From: Mycobacteriales bacterium | GTDB lineage: Bacteria; Actinomycetota; Actinomycetes; Mycobacteriales; SCTD01 | Assembly: GCA_040902655.1 (NCBI GenBank) | Contig: JBBDWV010000017.1 | Span: 62,509 to 126,508, forward strand | Direction: 5' to 3' | DNA: 64,000 bases | Part shown: positions 20,357 through 29,604 of the stretch, in pieces | Layout: each line of letters begins with the position of its first letter | How positions within the stretch are numbered: position 1 is the stretch's first letter | Position numbers and translations under genes: made by a program | The notes under the pieces: model-generated | Database searches by the model: none | Seen by the model: the letters and a program-made list of their open reading frames with translations, nothing else | What the model was told of the DNA's origin: nothing

Positions 20357-20595
20357 CGTCGACCTGCGGCGCCTCGACCTGCGCCTGGACGTGGTTGACC
20401 GGGGCCACGGTCCTCTCTTCCCAGTCGGCAACTCGGCAGCGGCCGGGGTCAAGAGGGGAAGGCTCAGGCCCAGGTGCTGTTGATCTTGCGGAAGTCACGC
20501 TACGCATCGATGCCGACGAACTGCGGCAAGGCCTGCGCGTCGCGTCGCGGTGGACGGGGCTGGGGATGACACACGCCCGGAAAGGACGACACGTT

Positions 20596-20622
20596 GAAGA
20601 GCCCCCACGAGGAGGGCTCTTC
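20596..20622. terminator. Stem-loop GAAGAGCCC-ccacgagga-GGGCTCTTC in the lower-GC part of the island
   Basis: Perfect 9-bp stem read directly. No clear U-tract on either strand. Function unknown. Confidence 0.3.
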
Positions 20623-20859
20623 CGCTTGACCCTGGCGTGATGACTGCGAGATCGACGGCGCCGGGGTCCGACGCATAGTGCGTACGACGGGACCTGTGTC
20701 AACGCTCGGCCACCGTCGCTTACTGGCGCCTCGGCGATGCTGCGGTTCCTCGACGGGCAGCACTTGGGGGTGTGGCGGGAGTTGGGCCGCTACCGCCGGC
20801 CGTCACCTGGTGGGCGACGGTCCGCGCCGAGCGCCCGAGCCCGGCCCGCCGTCTGGGCA

Positions 20860-20891
20860 GGGGCCGGGCCTGTCTGATCCTGTGGACAGCG
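20860..20891 (+). repeat. Right copy of 32-bp direct repeat GGGGCCGGGCCTGTCTGATCCTGTGGACAGCG
   Basis: See 19061-19092. Lies 80 bp upstream of the yraN start. Confidence 0.9.
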
Positions 20892-20971
20892 ACGCGTCGC
20901 CCACAGATGCGCCCGCCGGTCGCCCGCCGCGGCCCCGGCGCGGCCACTGTCGGCACCGGGAGGTGGTCGAG

Positions 20972-21355
20972 GTGCGACCGGAGCAGACACGCGGGGCGCG
21001 GACGGCGGCACTCGGGCGCTGGGGTGAGGACCTTGCCGCCGAGTTGCTGACTACTGCCGGGATGCAGGTGCTGGACCGCAACTGGCGGTGCGAGTTCGGC
21101 GAGCTCGACCTGGTCGGCCGGGAGCCGGACGGCACCGTCGTGTTCGTCGAGGTGAAGACCCGGGCGGGCACCGGCTTCGGTCAGCCGGCGGAGGCGGTCG
21201 GCCGGGTCAAGGCCGGCCGGTTGCGGACGCTGGCCTGCCGGTGGCTGCTGGAGAACCGCCCGCCGGGCACCAGCGAGCTGCGCTTCGACGTGGTCGGCAT
21301 CGTCCGGCGGTACGACGGGCCGCCCAAGGTCACCCATCTGAAGGCGGCGTTCTGA
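20972..21355 (+). CDS. yraN: YraN family endonuclease-like protein (UPF0102)
   Basis: GEDLAAELLTTAGMQVLDRNWRCEFGELDLVGREPDGTVVFVEVKTR...RFDVVG. GTG 20972 lies 8 nt after GGGAGG. Confidence 0.88.
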   Translation: MRPEQTRGARTAALGRWGEDLAAELLTTAGMQVLDRNWRCEFGELDLVGREPDGTVVFVEVKTRAGTGFGQPAEAVGRVKAGRLRTLACRWLLENRPPGTSELRFDVVGIVRRYDGPPKVTHLKAAF

Positions 21356-21456
21356 GGGCGCGGTGCCTGTGGGCACCGCGTGGTCGTCCACAACCTCGGC
21401 CGGAGCGGTGGCCACGGCTTCCGGCACCGGGCAGCGTCGCCGGCGGAGGTGATCCC

Positions 21457-22983
21457 GTGGCATTGGCCAAGGCGTACTCGGTGGGGCTGGTCGGCCTGGA
21501 CGGCCACGTGGTGGAGGTGGAGGCCGATCTCGCCCGGGGGCTGCCCGGGCTGACCGTGATCGGGCTGCCCGACGCGGCGCTGGCGGAGGCGCGCGACCGG
21601 GTGCGGGCGGCGGTGGTCAACAGCGGCCAGGCCTGGCCGCAGCGGCGGATCACCCTCGCGCTGTCGCCGGCCTCGCTGCCGAAGCGGGGGAGCGGCTTCG
21701 ACCTGGCCCTGGCGGCGTCGATCCTGGGCGCCTCCGGAGTGCTGCCGCCGGACGCGCTGCACGGGCGGGTGCTGCTCGGCGAGCTCGGTCTCGACGGGCG
21801 GGTGCGGTCGCTTCCCGGGGTGCTACCCGCCGTGCTCACCGCGTCGCGGGCCGGCATCGACCGGGTGGTGGTGCCGCTGGACAACCTGGCCGAGGCCCGG
21901 CTGCTGCCCGGGGTGCAGGCGCGCGGGGTCGGGTCGCTGCGGGACCTGGTCGCGCTGCTGACCGGCGTGCCGTACGACGAACCGGTCGTTGTGCCGGTGG
22001 TCGCGCCGGCGGCGGGTCCCACCCTCGACATGCTCGACGTGGCCGGGCAGGCCGTCGGGCGCACCGCGCTGGAGGTCGCCGCGGCCGGCGGGCACCACGC
22101 GTTGCTGCTCGGACCGCCGGGCAGCGGCAAGACGATGCTCGCCGAGCGGATGCCCGGGCTGCTGCCGCCGCTCGACCTCGACGCGGCGCTCGAGGTGACC
22201 GCCGTGCACTCGGTGGCCGGCTCGCTGCCGCGGGACGCGCCGCTGGTGACCCGGCCACCGTTCCAGGACCCGCACCACACGGCCACGATCGCCTCCATCG
22301 TGGGCGGCGGCGCGGGCATCGCCCGGCCCGGAGCGGCCAGCCTCGCGCACCGCGGGGTGCTGTTCCTCGACGAGGCGCCGGAGTTCTCGCCGCGGGTGCT
22401 GGATGCCCTGCGCCAGCCGCTGGAGAGCGGCCGGCTGTCGATCACCCGAGTCGGCGGGACGGCCGTCTACCCCGCCTGCTTCACGCTGCTGCTGGCCGCG
22501 AACTACTGCCCGTGCGCCAGGCCGGAGGACTGCAGCTGCCCCCCCGACGTGCGGCGTCGCTACCTGAGCCGGCTGTCCGGGCCGCTGCTGGACCGCGTCG
22601 ACATGCACGTCACGGTGCCGCGCATCACCCGCGCGGAGATGCTGGCCGAGGACGGCCGCGGCGAGCTCAGCGCCGACATCGCCGCGCGGGTGGCTGCCGC
22701 CCGGGACGCGGCCGCCGTCCGCTTCGCCGGGACGCCGTGGCGCTGCAACGGCGACGTGCCGCCGGTCGAGCTGCGGCGGCGCTGGCCGCTCGACCGGAAC
22801 GCGACCCGGCCGGCGGACACGGCGATGGACGGCGGGCAGCTGACCGCCCGCGGCTACGGCCGGGTGTTGCGGCTCGCGTGGACGCTGGCCGACCTGCAGG
22901 GTGTCGGCCGGCCGCGCCAGGAGCACGTCGCGCACGCCCTGGGTTACCGGCAGGGGGCCACGCAGGGCCTGGTGGCAGCGTGA
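21457..22983 (+). CDS. comM: Mg-chelatase-like ATPase ComM/YifB
   Basis: N-terminal Lon-like domain (ITLALSPASLPKRGSGFDLALAASIL), Walker A GPPGSGKTMLA, FLDEAPEF. GTG 21457 after GGAGG. Confidence 0.92.
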   Translation: MALAKAYSVGLVGLDGHVVEVEADLARGLPGLTVIGLPDAALAEARDRVRAAVVNSGQAWPQRRITLALSPASLPKRGSGFDLALAASILGASGVLPPDALHGRVLLGELGLDGRVRSLPGVLPAVLTASRAGIDRVVVPLDNLAEARLLPGVQARGVGSLRDLVALLTGVPYDEPVVVPVVAPAAGPTLDMLDVAGQAVGRTALEVAAAGGHHALLLGPPGSGKTMLAERMPGLLPPLDLDAALEVTAVHSVAGSLPRDAPLVTRPPFQDPHHTATIASIVGGGAGIARPGAASLAHRGVLFLDEAPEFSPRVLDALRQPLESGRLSITRVGGTAVYPACFTLLLAANYCPCARPEDCSCPPDVRRRYLSRLSGPLLDRVDMHVTVPRITRAEMLAEDGRGELSADIAARVAAARDAAAVRFAGTPWRCNGDVPPVELRRRWPLDRNATRPADTAMDGGQLTARGYGRVLRLAWTLADLQGVGRPRQEHVAHALGYRQGATQGLVAA

Positions 22984-23069
22984 GCGCCGGGTCAGGTGAC
23001 CACGTGAGGGCCGGGTCAGGTGACGGCGTGAGGGCCGGGTCAGGTGACGGCGTGAGGGCCGGGTCAGGG
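22980..23069. repeat. About 3.75 tandem copies of the 24-bp unit GTGAGGGCCGGGTCAGGTGACGGC
   Basis: Copies at 22980-23003, 23004-27, 23028-51 and 23052-69. The first copy begins at a GTG that overlaps the comM TGA. Confidence 0.85.
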
Positions 23070-23093
23070 AGCCGCGCAGGGCCTGGCGATCGC

Positions 23094-24251
23094 GTGAGTA
23101 CCGACGAGCGGATCGCGCGCGCCGGGCTGTCCCGCATCGCCGAGCCGGGGGACCCCGACGTGGCCGAGGCCGTGGCCGCGGTCGGGCCGGTCGAGGTGTG
23201 GGAGTCGCTGCGCCGCGGCGTCCCGGTCGGGCAGGTCACGCAGGGCGTGCTGCCCGGCATCGCGCTGCGCGCCGAGGGACACGATCCTCGTGACGACCTG
23301 TCGGCCGCCGCCCGCGCCGGCGCCCGGCTGGTCTGCCCGGGCGACCCCGAGTGGCCCACCGCGCGGCTGACGTGGCAGCCGTCGAAGCTGTTGGAGCCGC
23401 CACCGCTGGCGTTGTGGGTGCACGGCAGCTGGCCGCTCGACGAGGTGGTCGAGCGGTCGGTCGCGGTGGTGGGCGCGCGGGCGGCCAGCAGCTACGGCCT
23501 GCACGTGGCGCGAGAGCTGGGCGCCGGACTCGCGGAGCGGCGCGCGACGGTCATCAGCGGCGGGGCCTACGGCATCGACGCCGCCGCCCACCGGGGTGCG
23601 CTGCTCGCCCAGAGCGCGCCGTCGGTGGCGGTGCTGGCCTGCGGCGTGGACGTCGCCTACCCGCGGGGCAACGACCGGCTGCTGCACCAGATCGGTGAAC
23701 AGGGGCTGCTGGTGTCGGAGCTGCCGCCGGGCAGCCACCCCACCCGGCGCCGGTTCCTCATCCGGAACCGGCTCATCGCGGCGCTCTCGCTCGGCACGGT
23801 CGTCGTTGAGGCGGCCCTCCGCAGTGGCTCGCTGGCGACGCTCGAGCGGGCCCGCCTGCTGGGGCGTCACCTGATGGCGGTCCCCGGACCGGTGACCTCC
23901 GGCATGTCCGCGGGCTGTCACGTCGAGCTCCGCAACGGCGCCCAGTGCGTCACCTGTGCGGCGGAGGTGCTCGACCTGGTCGGCCGGATGGGGGTGGACG
24001 CCACCGAGCCGTCGCGCGGCCCGGTGGACCTGCGGGACGGGCTGTCGGACACGGTCCGGCGGGTCCTGGACGCGCTGCCCGTCCGCCGCTCGGTCGGTGT
24101 CGCCGCGATTGCGAAGGAGGCCGGCGTCCTCCCGCTCGTCGTGCAGCAGGTCCTGCCGCCGCTGGTCACCCACGGGCTGGCCGAGTCGACCCCGGATGGC
24201 TGGCGCCTGACCCCGCTCGGGGCAGGCAAGCCGGTCCGGAGTGGACGGTGA
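23094..24251 (+). CDS. dprA: DNA processing protein DprA
   Basis: VISGGAYGIDAAAHRGAL, FLIRNRLIAALS. Start is GTG 23094. Alternatively GTG 22980 would add a (V/R)AGSGDG-repeat N-terminus. Confidence 0.9.
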   Translation: MSTDERIARAGLSRIAEPGDPDVAEAVAAVGPVEVWESLRRGVPVGQVTQGVLPGIALRAEGHDPRDDLSAAARAGARLVCPGDPEWPTARLTWQPSKLLEPPPLALWVHGSWPLDEVVERSVAVVGARAASSYGLHVARELGAGLAERRATVISGGAYGIDAAAHRGALLAQSAPSVAVLACGVDVAYPRGNDRLLHQIGEQGLLVSELPPGSHPTRRRFLIRNRLIAALSLGTVVVEAALRSGSLATLERARLLGRHLMAVPGPVTSGMSAGCHVELRNGAQCVTCAAEVLDLVGRMGVDATEPSRGPVDLRDGLSDTVRRVLDALPVRRSVGVAAIAKEAGVLPLVVQQVLPPLVTHGLAESTPDGWRLTPLGAGKPVRSGR

Positions 24252-24337
24252 GCCGAACGGCCACCGGGGCGTTCACCCGACGGCGCACAGCGCCCCTCGG
24301 CCCGGCGGCTTGACCTGGCCCCGGCCCGCCGGACACC

Positions 24338-25291
24338 GTGCCGCGTGTGACCGCCGTGCCGGAGGACCCAGCCGGGCCGGAGGACCCAGCCCTGCCGCCC
24401 GCCCTCGACGAGGCGCTGGCCGCCTTCGAGCGTCACCTCCGGCTGGAGCTGTCCCGGTCGGTGCACACCGTCCGCGCCTACACCGGCGACGTGGCCGCCC
24501 TCCTGCAGCACGCCGCCCGGCTGGGGGTGACGGCGCCCGCGGAGCTGGACCTGGCCGTCCTGCGTAGCTGGTTGGCCCGCTCGCGCAGCACCGGCGCCGC
24601 ACGCCCCACCCTGGCCCGCCGCGGCTCCAGCGCGCGGGTCTTCACCGCCTGGGCCTGCCGGCGCGGGTTGCTTCCCACGGACCCCGGTGCGTTGCTCGCG
24701 ACCCCGAAGGGGCACCGGCCGTTGCCGGACGTCCTGCGCGCCGACGAGGCCGCACGGCTGGTCGAGCAGGTCGACGGCGGCACACCGGAGGATCTGCGCG
24801 ACCGGGCGACGCTCGAGCTGCTCTACGCGACCGGCATCCGGGTCGGCGAGCTCTGCGGCCTCGACGTGGGCGACGTCGACCGCGAGCGCCGCGTGGTGCG
24901 GGTGCTGGGCAAGGGCGCCCGCGAACGCTCCGTCCCGTACGGGGAGCCGGCCGCCCTGGCCGTCGCCGGCTGGCTGGCCCACGGCCGTCCCCAGTGGGCG
25001 ACGCCTGCCAGCGGACCGGCGCTGCTGCTGGGCCGGCGCGGTGGACGGCTGGACCCGCGCGCCGCCCGCACCCTCGTGCACCGCCGGCTGGCGGACGTAC
25101 CCGGGGCCCCGGATCTCGGTCCGCACGGGCTGCGGCACAGCGCCGCGACCCACCTGCTCGAGGGCGGTGCGGACCTGCGGGCCGTCCAGGAGCTGCTCGG
25201 CCACGCGACGCTGGCCACGACGCAGATCTACACGCACGTCAGCGTCGAACGGCTGCGCACCAGCTATGCCCAGGCGCATCCCCGCGCCTGA
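24338..25291 (+). CDS. xerC: Tyrosine recombinase XerC
   Basis: [66 protein letters not shown]. Confidence 0.93.
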   Translation: MPRVTAVPEDPAGPEDPALPPALDEALAAFERHLRLELSRSVHTVRAYTGDVAALLQHAARLGVTAPAELDLAVLRSWLARSRSTGAARPTLARRGSSARVFTAWACRRGLLPTDPGALLATPKGHRPLPDVLRADEAARLVEQVDGGTPEDLRDRATLELLYATGIRVGELCGLDVGDVDRERRVVRVLGKGARERSVPYGEPAALAVAGWLAHGRPQWATPASGPALLLGRRGGRLDPRAARTLVHRRLADVPGAPDLGPHGLRHSAATHLLEGGADLRAVQELLGHATLATTQIYTHVSVERLRTSYAQAHPRA

Positions 25292-25390
25292 CGGCTCCAC
25301 GGGGCAACAGCGGACGGTGGCGGAGGCGTCGCGCTACGCTCGCTTCGACCGGAAGTACGCCGCGGGGGCTCGAACGGGTGAGGACCAGTC

Positions 25391-26311
25391 ATGACTGTGC
25401 GCACGCCCGGACCGGACGGTTCCGGCCGTCTGGCCACTGCCGAGGACGACCCGGGCGCGGACGACGTCGTGGTGCAGCCCGCGCCCGCCGCCAAGACCCC
25501 CGCCCGGCGCGGCCGGTACGCCGGTGTCAGCGACGAGGAGCGGGCCGAGATCGAGTCGGCCATCGCGGAGCTGTGGCGGGAGTACAAGGACACCGGCGAC
25601 GAACGGCTGCGTGAGCGGCTGATCCTGCACTACTCACCGCTGGTGAAGTACGTCGCCGGCCGCGTCGGCGTGGGTCTGCCGCCGAACATCGAGCAGGCCG
25701 ACCTCGTGTCGTACGGCATCTTCGGGTTGATCGACGCGATCCAGAAGTTCGACCTCGAGCGCGCGATCAAGTTCGAGACCTACGCGATCAGCCGCATCAA
25801 GGGCGCGATCATCGACGAGCTCCGCTCGATCGACTGGATCCCCCGCTCGGTGCGCTACAAGGCGCGTGAGGTGGAGAAGGCCTACGCCGCGCTCGAGGGC
25901 CGGCTGCACCGGACGCCGACGGAGGCCGAGGTCGCCGCCGAGCTCGGCATCGCGCTCGAGGACCTGCACACGATCTTCAGTCAGGTCAGCTTCGTCAACG
26001 TCGTCGCGCTCGACGAGCTGCTCTCTGCCGGGGGGGAGAAGGGGGACAAGCTCTCCCTGGTCGACACCCTCGAGGACACCAAGGCCGAGGATCCGGTCCA
26101 GGCGTTCGAGTCCGAGGAGACGAAGTACCTGCTGGCCAAGGCGATCAACACGCTGCCCGAGCGGGAGAAGATCGTCGTGACGCTCTACTACTACGAGGGC
26201 CTCACCCTCGCCGAGATCGGCCAGGTCCTGGGCGTGACGGAGAGCCGCATCTGCCAGATGCACACCAAGGCCGTCCTGCAGCTGCGCGGAAAGCTGTCCG
26301 ACAACGACTGA
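25391..26311 (+). CDS. whiG: FliA/WhiG-family RNA polymerase sigma factor
   Basis: [59 protein letters not shown] closely track the Streptomyces WhiG sequence as I remember it. Same xerC...whiG-M23-rpsB synteny. Confidence 0.9.
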   Translation: MTVRTPGPDGSGRLATAEDDPGADDVVVQPAPAAKTPARRGRYAGVSDEERAEIESAIAELWREYKDTGDERLRERLILHYSPLVKYVAGRVGVGLPPNIEQADLVSYGIFGLIDAIQKFDLERAIKFETYAISRIKGAIIDELRSIDWIPRSVRYKAREVEKAYAALEGRLHRTPTEAEVAAELGIALEDLHTIFSQVSFVNVVALDELLSAGGEKGDKLSLVDTLEDTKAEDPVQAFESEETKYLLAKAINTLPEREKIVVTLYYYEGLTLAEIGQVLGVTESRICQMHTKAVLQLRGKLSDND

Positions 26312-26317
26312 GCCGGT

Positions 26318-26351
26318 ACCACGGGTCAGCCGGGACCACGGGTCAGCCGGG
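26318..26351. repeat. Two tandem 17-bp units ACCACGGGTCAGCCGGG (plus a degenerate third)
   Basis: Copies at 26318-26334 and 26335-26351, directly after the whiG stop. Confidence 0.8.
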
Positions 26352-26408
26352 ACGAACGGGTCGTCCGCGGGTGGCGACCTGCACGGGGCCCTGCTGCTGT
26401 GAACGCCC

Positions 26409-26455
26409 TGTGCAGGAGAGGTCAACAATTCCGGATTGTTGACCTCTCCTGTACA
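26409..26455 (-). repeat. 47-nt palindromic element (copy B): 21-bp stem TGTGCAGGAGAGGTCAACAAT / ATTGTTGACCTCTCCTGTACA
   Basis: Nearly perfect hairpin with one G-T pair. Its reverse complement aligns with 10222-10268. Sits between the convergent whiG and M23 genes, so it may be a bidirectional terminator. Confidence 0.85.
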
Positions 26456-26485
26456 CCTCATGCGCACCATAGGGGCCCTGGGCGC

Positions 26486-27421
26486 TCAGGAGGCGTGGCG
26501 GCGCAGGCGGGCCGCATCCAGGTCGAGCAGCGGCGCCGGCAGCGCGACCTGCTCGTCGTCCTCGGCCGGGGCGGCCGGGGCGGGCGCGGCCGCTGCGCCG
26601 CTCGCCGGTTCGGGTGGGTCCGGCACCGGCCGCGCCAGTAGCGCGATGCCGAGCGCCAGCGCGACCAGGGCCGCGGCCGCCAGCGGCGCCTCGTCGGCGC
26701 GCAGGGACCAGGACGGTTCGTGGAGCACAGCTGCCGCGGGCGGCGGGGCGGTCGTCGCGCGCACCGGCCCCGCAGCAGCGCGGACTGCACCACCGGGCAC
26801 CTCAGCACCCGGCATCCCAGCACCCGGCATCCCAGCACCCGGCATCCCACCCCCGGGCACCGCAGCCCCGGGCATCCCGGCTCCGGGGAATGCCGGCGCG
26901 TGCGGTGCCCACGCGCTGCCCGCGGTCATCCGGTCCAGCGGCAGCAGTCGCACCGGCCCCCGCTCCACGAGTCGCACCGGGTCGAGGTACTGCTCGCCGC
27001 GCCGCAGCCCCCAGTGCAGACACGCGGCCACCGTACAGCCGGCGTGACCCGGCTCCAGCTGCCCGACCGGCTGGCCCAGAGCCACGACTGCGCCGGGGCG
27101 TACGGCCGCGGTGACCGGCTCGTAGGTGGTCCGCAACGTGCCGTGGGTCACCACGACGACGCCTCGGCCTGCGAGCAGCCCGGCGTAGCTGACCTGTCCG
27201 GCGGCAGCTGCCAGCACGGCTGCGCCCGGCGCAGACGGCAGGTCCACGCCGCGGTGGCCCGCCCCGTAACGCGTCGCCGGCGGCTCGAACCCGCGCACCA
27301 CCTCCCGCGGGCCGGACAGCGGCCAGCCCCATGGTCCGGCGTCGGCGACGGCTCGCTCCGCCGGCAGCCCGACCAGTGCGACCAGGACGAGCAGCACCAG
27401 CACCAGCACACGACGCACCAC
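26486..27421 (-). CDS. M23-family peptidase-like membrane protein
   Basis: Start GTG 27421, 5 nt after AAGGAGG. N-terminal hydrophobic segment, GAGHRGVDL (HxxxD), CLHWGLRRGEQYLDP, a GMPGA repeat, then a second hydrophobic segment. Confidence 0.85.
   Translation of the reverse strand: MVRRVLVLVLLVLVALVGLPAERAVADAGPWGWPLSGPREVVRGFEPPATRYGAGHRGVDLPSAPGAAVLAAAAGQVSYAGLLAGRGVVVVTHGTLRTTYEPVTAAVRPGAVVALGQPVGQLEPGHAGCTVAACLHWGLRRGEQYLDPVRLVERGPVRLLPLDRMTAGSAWAPHAPAFPGAGMPGAAVPGGGMPGAGMPGAGMPGAEVPGGAVRAAAGPVRATTAPPPAAAVLHEPSWSLRADEAPLAAAALVALALGIALLARPVPDPPEPASGAAAAPAPAAPAEDDEQVALPAPLLDLDAARLRRHAS
26803..26877. repeat. In-frame 15-bp tandem repeat CAGCACCCGGCATCC x about 5 inside the M23 gene
   Basis: Encodes the (GMPGA)n block on the minus strand. 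Confidence 0.85.
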
Positions 27422-27733
27422 GTCCACCTCCTTGCAGCAAGGACGACCTCGACCAGGACGACGTGGCGAGCCTGCGGCAGCCGACGCCGGGGCGACAGCG
27501 GTCCGGGCAAGGCTGTGGACGACAGGCCGTACACTTGCTGCAGCGACCCGGTCCGCTGGGTCGACTTCGCGTGCCCTACCACGGCCCGCCCGTCGGTCTC
27601 CGCGAGGAGCACGGGCAGGACACGGGCACCAGGGCCGGCCCCCACCCGGGGGACGGCGACAACCGACCGCCGCGCGGCCGCACCTGCCTGACCAGTGGGC
27701 GCACGCCGACGCGGACGAACAGAGAGGGCCATC

Positions 27734-28618
27734 ATGGCCGTCGTCACCATGCGCCAGCTGCTCGAGAGCGGCGCGCACTTCGGGCACCAGACCAAGCGCT
27801 GGAACCCCAAGATGAAGCGCTTCATCTTCACCGAGCGCAACGGCATCTACATCATCGACCTGACCCAGACCCTGGGCTACATCGACCGCGCCTACGACTT
27901 CGTCAAGGAGACGGTCGCCCACGGTGGGACGATCATGTTCGTCGGCACCAAGCGCCAGGCGCAGGAGTCGATCGCGGAGCAGGCCGGCCGCGTGGGGATG
28001 CCCTACGTCACCGAGCGCTGGCTGGGCGGCATGCTCACCAACTTCCAGACCGTCTACAAGCGTCTGCAGCGCCTCAAGGAGCTCGAGCTCATCGAGACCA
28101 CCGGCGGCCAGACGGTGCTGACGAAGAAGGAGGCGCTCGTGCTGTCCCGCGAGCGCATCAAGCTCCAGCGCACCCTCGGCGGCATCCGCGAGATGACCCG
28201 TACGCCGAGCGCGGTCTGGGTCGTCGACACGAACAAGGAACACCTCGCGGTCAACGAGGCGCGCAAGCTCGGCATCCCGGTCGTCGCGATCCTCGACACC
28301 AACTGCGACCCGGACGTCGTCGACTACAAGATCCCGGGCAACGACGACGCGATCCGCAGCATCCAGGTGCTGACCCGCGTGATCGCGGACGCCGTCGCGG
28401 AGGGTCTGATGGCCCGCGCCGGCGCCAGCGGCGGCGACGCCAAGCCCGAGGCCGGCCAGCTGGCCGGCGACGAGCCGCTGCCCGAGTGGGAGACCCAGCT
28501 GCTCACCGGTGCCCCGGCCGAGGCCGAGGCCGCCGCGGCGCCCCAGGCCGCCGCCGTCCCCGAGGCCGCCGCGGCCCCGGAGGCCGCCGCCCCGCAGGCC
28601 GCCGCCCCCCAGCAGTAG
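27734..28618 (+). CDS. rpsB: 30S ribosomal protein S2 with Ala/Pro/Glu-rich tail
   Basis: [30 protein letters not shown] 27734. Confidence 0.95.
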   Translation: MAVVTMRQLLESGAHFGHQTKRWNPKMKRFIFTERNGIYIIDLTQTLGYIDRAYDFVKETVAHGGTIMFVGTKRQAQESIAEQAGRVGMPYVTERWLGGMLTNFQTVYKRLQRLKELELIETTGGQTVLTKKEALVLSRERIKLQRTLGGIREMTRTPSAVWVVDTNKEHLAVNEARKLGIPVVAILDTNCDPDVVDYKIPGNDDAIRSIQVLTRVIADAVAEGLMARAGASGGDAKPEAGQLAGDEPLPEWETQLLTGAPAEAEAAAAPQAAAVPEAAAAPEAAAPQAAAPQQ

Positions 28619-28631
28619 CGCCCTGTACGTC

Positions 28632-28669
28632 CGGCGGCGCCCGGGGGACCACCCCTTGCGGCGCCGCCG
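28632..28669 (+). terminator. GC hairpin CGGCGGCGCC...GGCGCCGCCG between rpsB and tsf
   Basis: 10-bp perfect stem with an inner GGGG/CCCC pairing. Possible attenuator or terminator. No U-tract. Confidence 0.35.
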
Positions 28670-28713
28670 TCGTACGTCCGACCTCCATCGCAACGAGAGA
28701 CAGGCGACCTGAC

Positions 28714-29532
28714 ATGGCTTCCATCACCGCCGCGGACATCAAGAAGCTCCGCGAGGCCACCGGCGCGGGCATGACCGACTGCAAGAACGCCCTGGTCGAG
28801 GCCGACGGCGACTACGACAAGGCCGTCGAGCAGCTGCGCATCAAGGGCCTCAAGGGCGTCGCCAAGCGCGAGGGCCGGGCAGCCTCCAACGGCCTGGTTC
28901 TCGCCAAGCTGGAGGGCACCGGCAAGGGCACCCTGCTCGAGCTCAACTGCGAGACCGACTTCGTGGCCAAGAGCGCGAAGTTCCAGGACCTCGCGCAGTC
29001 GGTCGTGGACGCGGCCTTCGGCACCAACGACGTCAGCAGCGTGCAGGTCGACGGGCGCCCGCTCACCGACGTGCTCAACGACGCCAACGCCTCCATGGGC
29101 GAGAAGATCGAGGTCCGCCGGGTGGCCACCTTCGAGGGCGCCTACGTCGCGACCTACCTGCACCGCACCAACCCCGACCTGCCCCCGCAGCTCGGGGTGC
29201 TCGTCGAGTTGTCGGCCGAGAACGCGCAGGTGGCCAAGGACGTCGCGCAGCACATCGCTGCCTTCAGCCCTACCTACGTCGCGCGCAGCGAGGTGCCCGA
29301 GGACGTCGTGGCCAAGGAGCGCGAGATCGCGGAGGCGACCGCCAAGGAGGAGGGCAAGCCCGAGGCGGCCCTGCCCAAGATCGTCGAGGGCCGCGTCAAC
29401 GGCTTCTTCAAGGAGGCGGTGCTGCTCGAGCAGGCCTTCGCCAAGGACAACAAGAAGACGGTCGGCAAGGTGCTCGAGGAGGCCGGCGTCCAGCTGAACG
29501 GCTTCGCCCGGTTCAAGGTCGGTCAGGCCTAG
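28714..29532 (+). CDS. tsf: Elongation factor Ts
   Basis: MASITAADIKKLREATGAGMTDCKNALVEADGDYDKAVEQLR. Confidence 0.95.
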   Translation: MASITAADIKKLREATGAGMTDCKNALVEADGDYDKAVEQLRIKGLKGVAKREGRAASNGLVLAKLEGTGKGTLLELNCETDFVAKSAKFQDLAQSVVDAAFGTNDVSSVQVDGRPLTDVLNDANASMGEKIEVRRVATFEGAYVATYLHRTNPDLPPQLGVLVELSAENAQVAKDVAQHIAAFSPTYVARSEVPEDVVAKEREIAEATAKEEGKPEAALPKIVEGRVNGFFKEAVLLEQAFAKDNKKTVGKVLEEAGVQLNGFARFKVGQA

Positions 29533-29604
29533 TCTGCCGAGAGGCAGGTACGGCCTACGTTCCCGCCCGACCGTTCCGCCGTACGACGAGGAGGCCGCCA
29601 CCCC

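Noticed and set aside
19061-20891. Interpreting the direct-repeat-bounded island as a prophage, ICE or integron cassette.
   Set aside because: There is no integrase, recombinase, transposase, tRNA or attC-like structure inside or beside it. At 1.8 kb it carries only two small genes. I kept it as an insertion-like island only.
27422-27733. ydaO/c-di-AMP-type riboswitch upstream of the M23 cell-wall hydrolase-like gene.
   Set aside because: No AGCUAACC-like or paired ACGGGGA/CCCGA-type conserved segments were seen on the minus strand. The region is GC-rich with only generic pairing. An Rfam scan (RF00379) could confirm.
26486-28693. 735-aa minus-strand ORF containing the M23 peptidase.
   Set aside because: Only 26486-27421 is supported (AAGGAGG plus GTG, a hydrophobic N-terminus). 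The upstream 420 codons cross the intergenic region and are antisense to rpsB.
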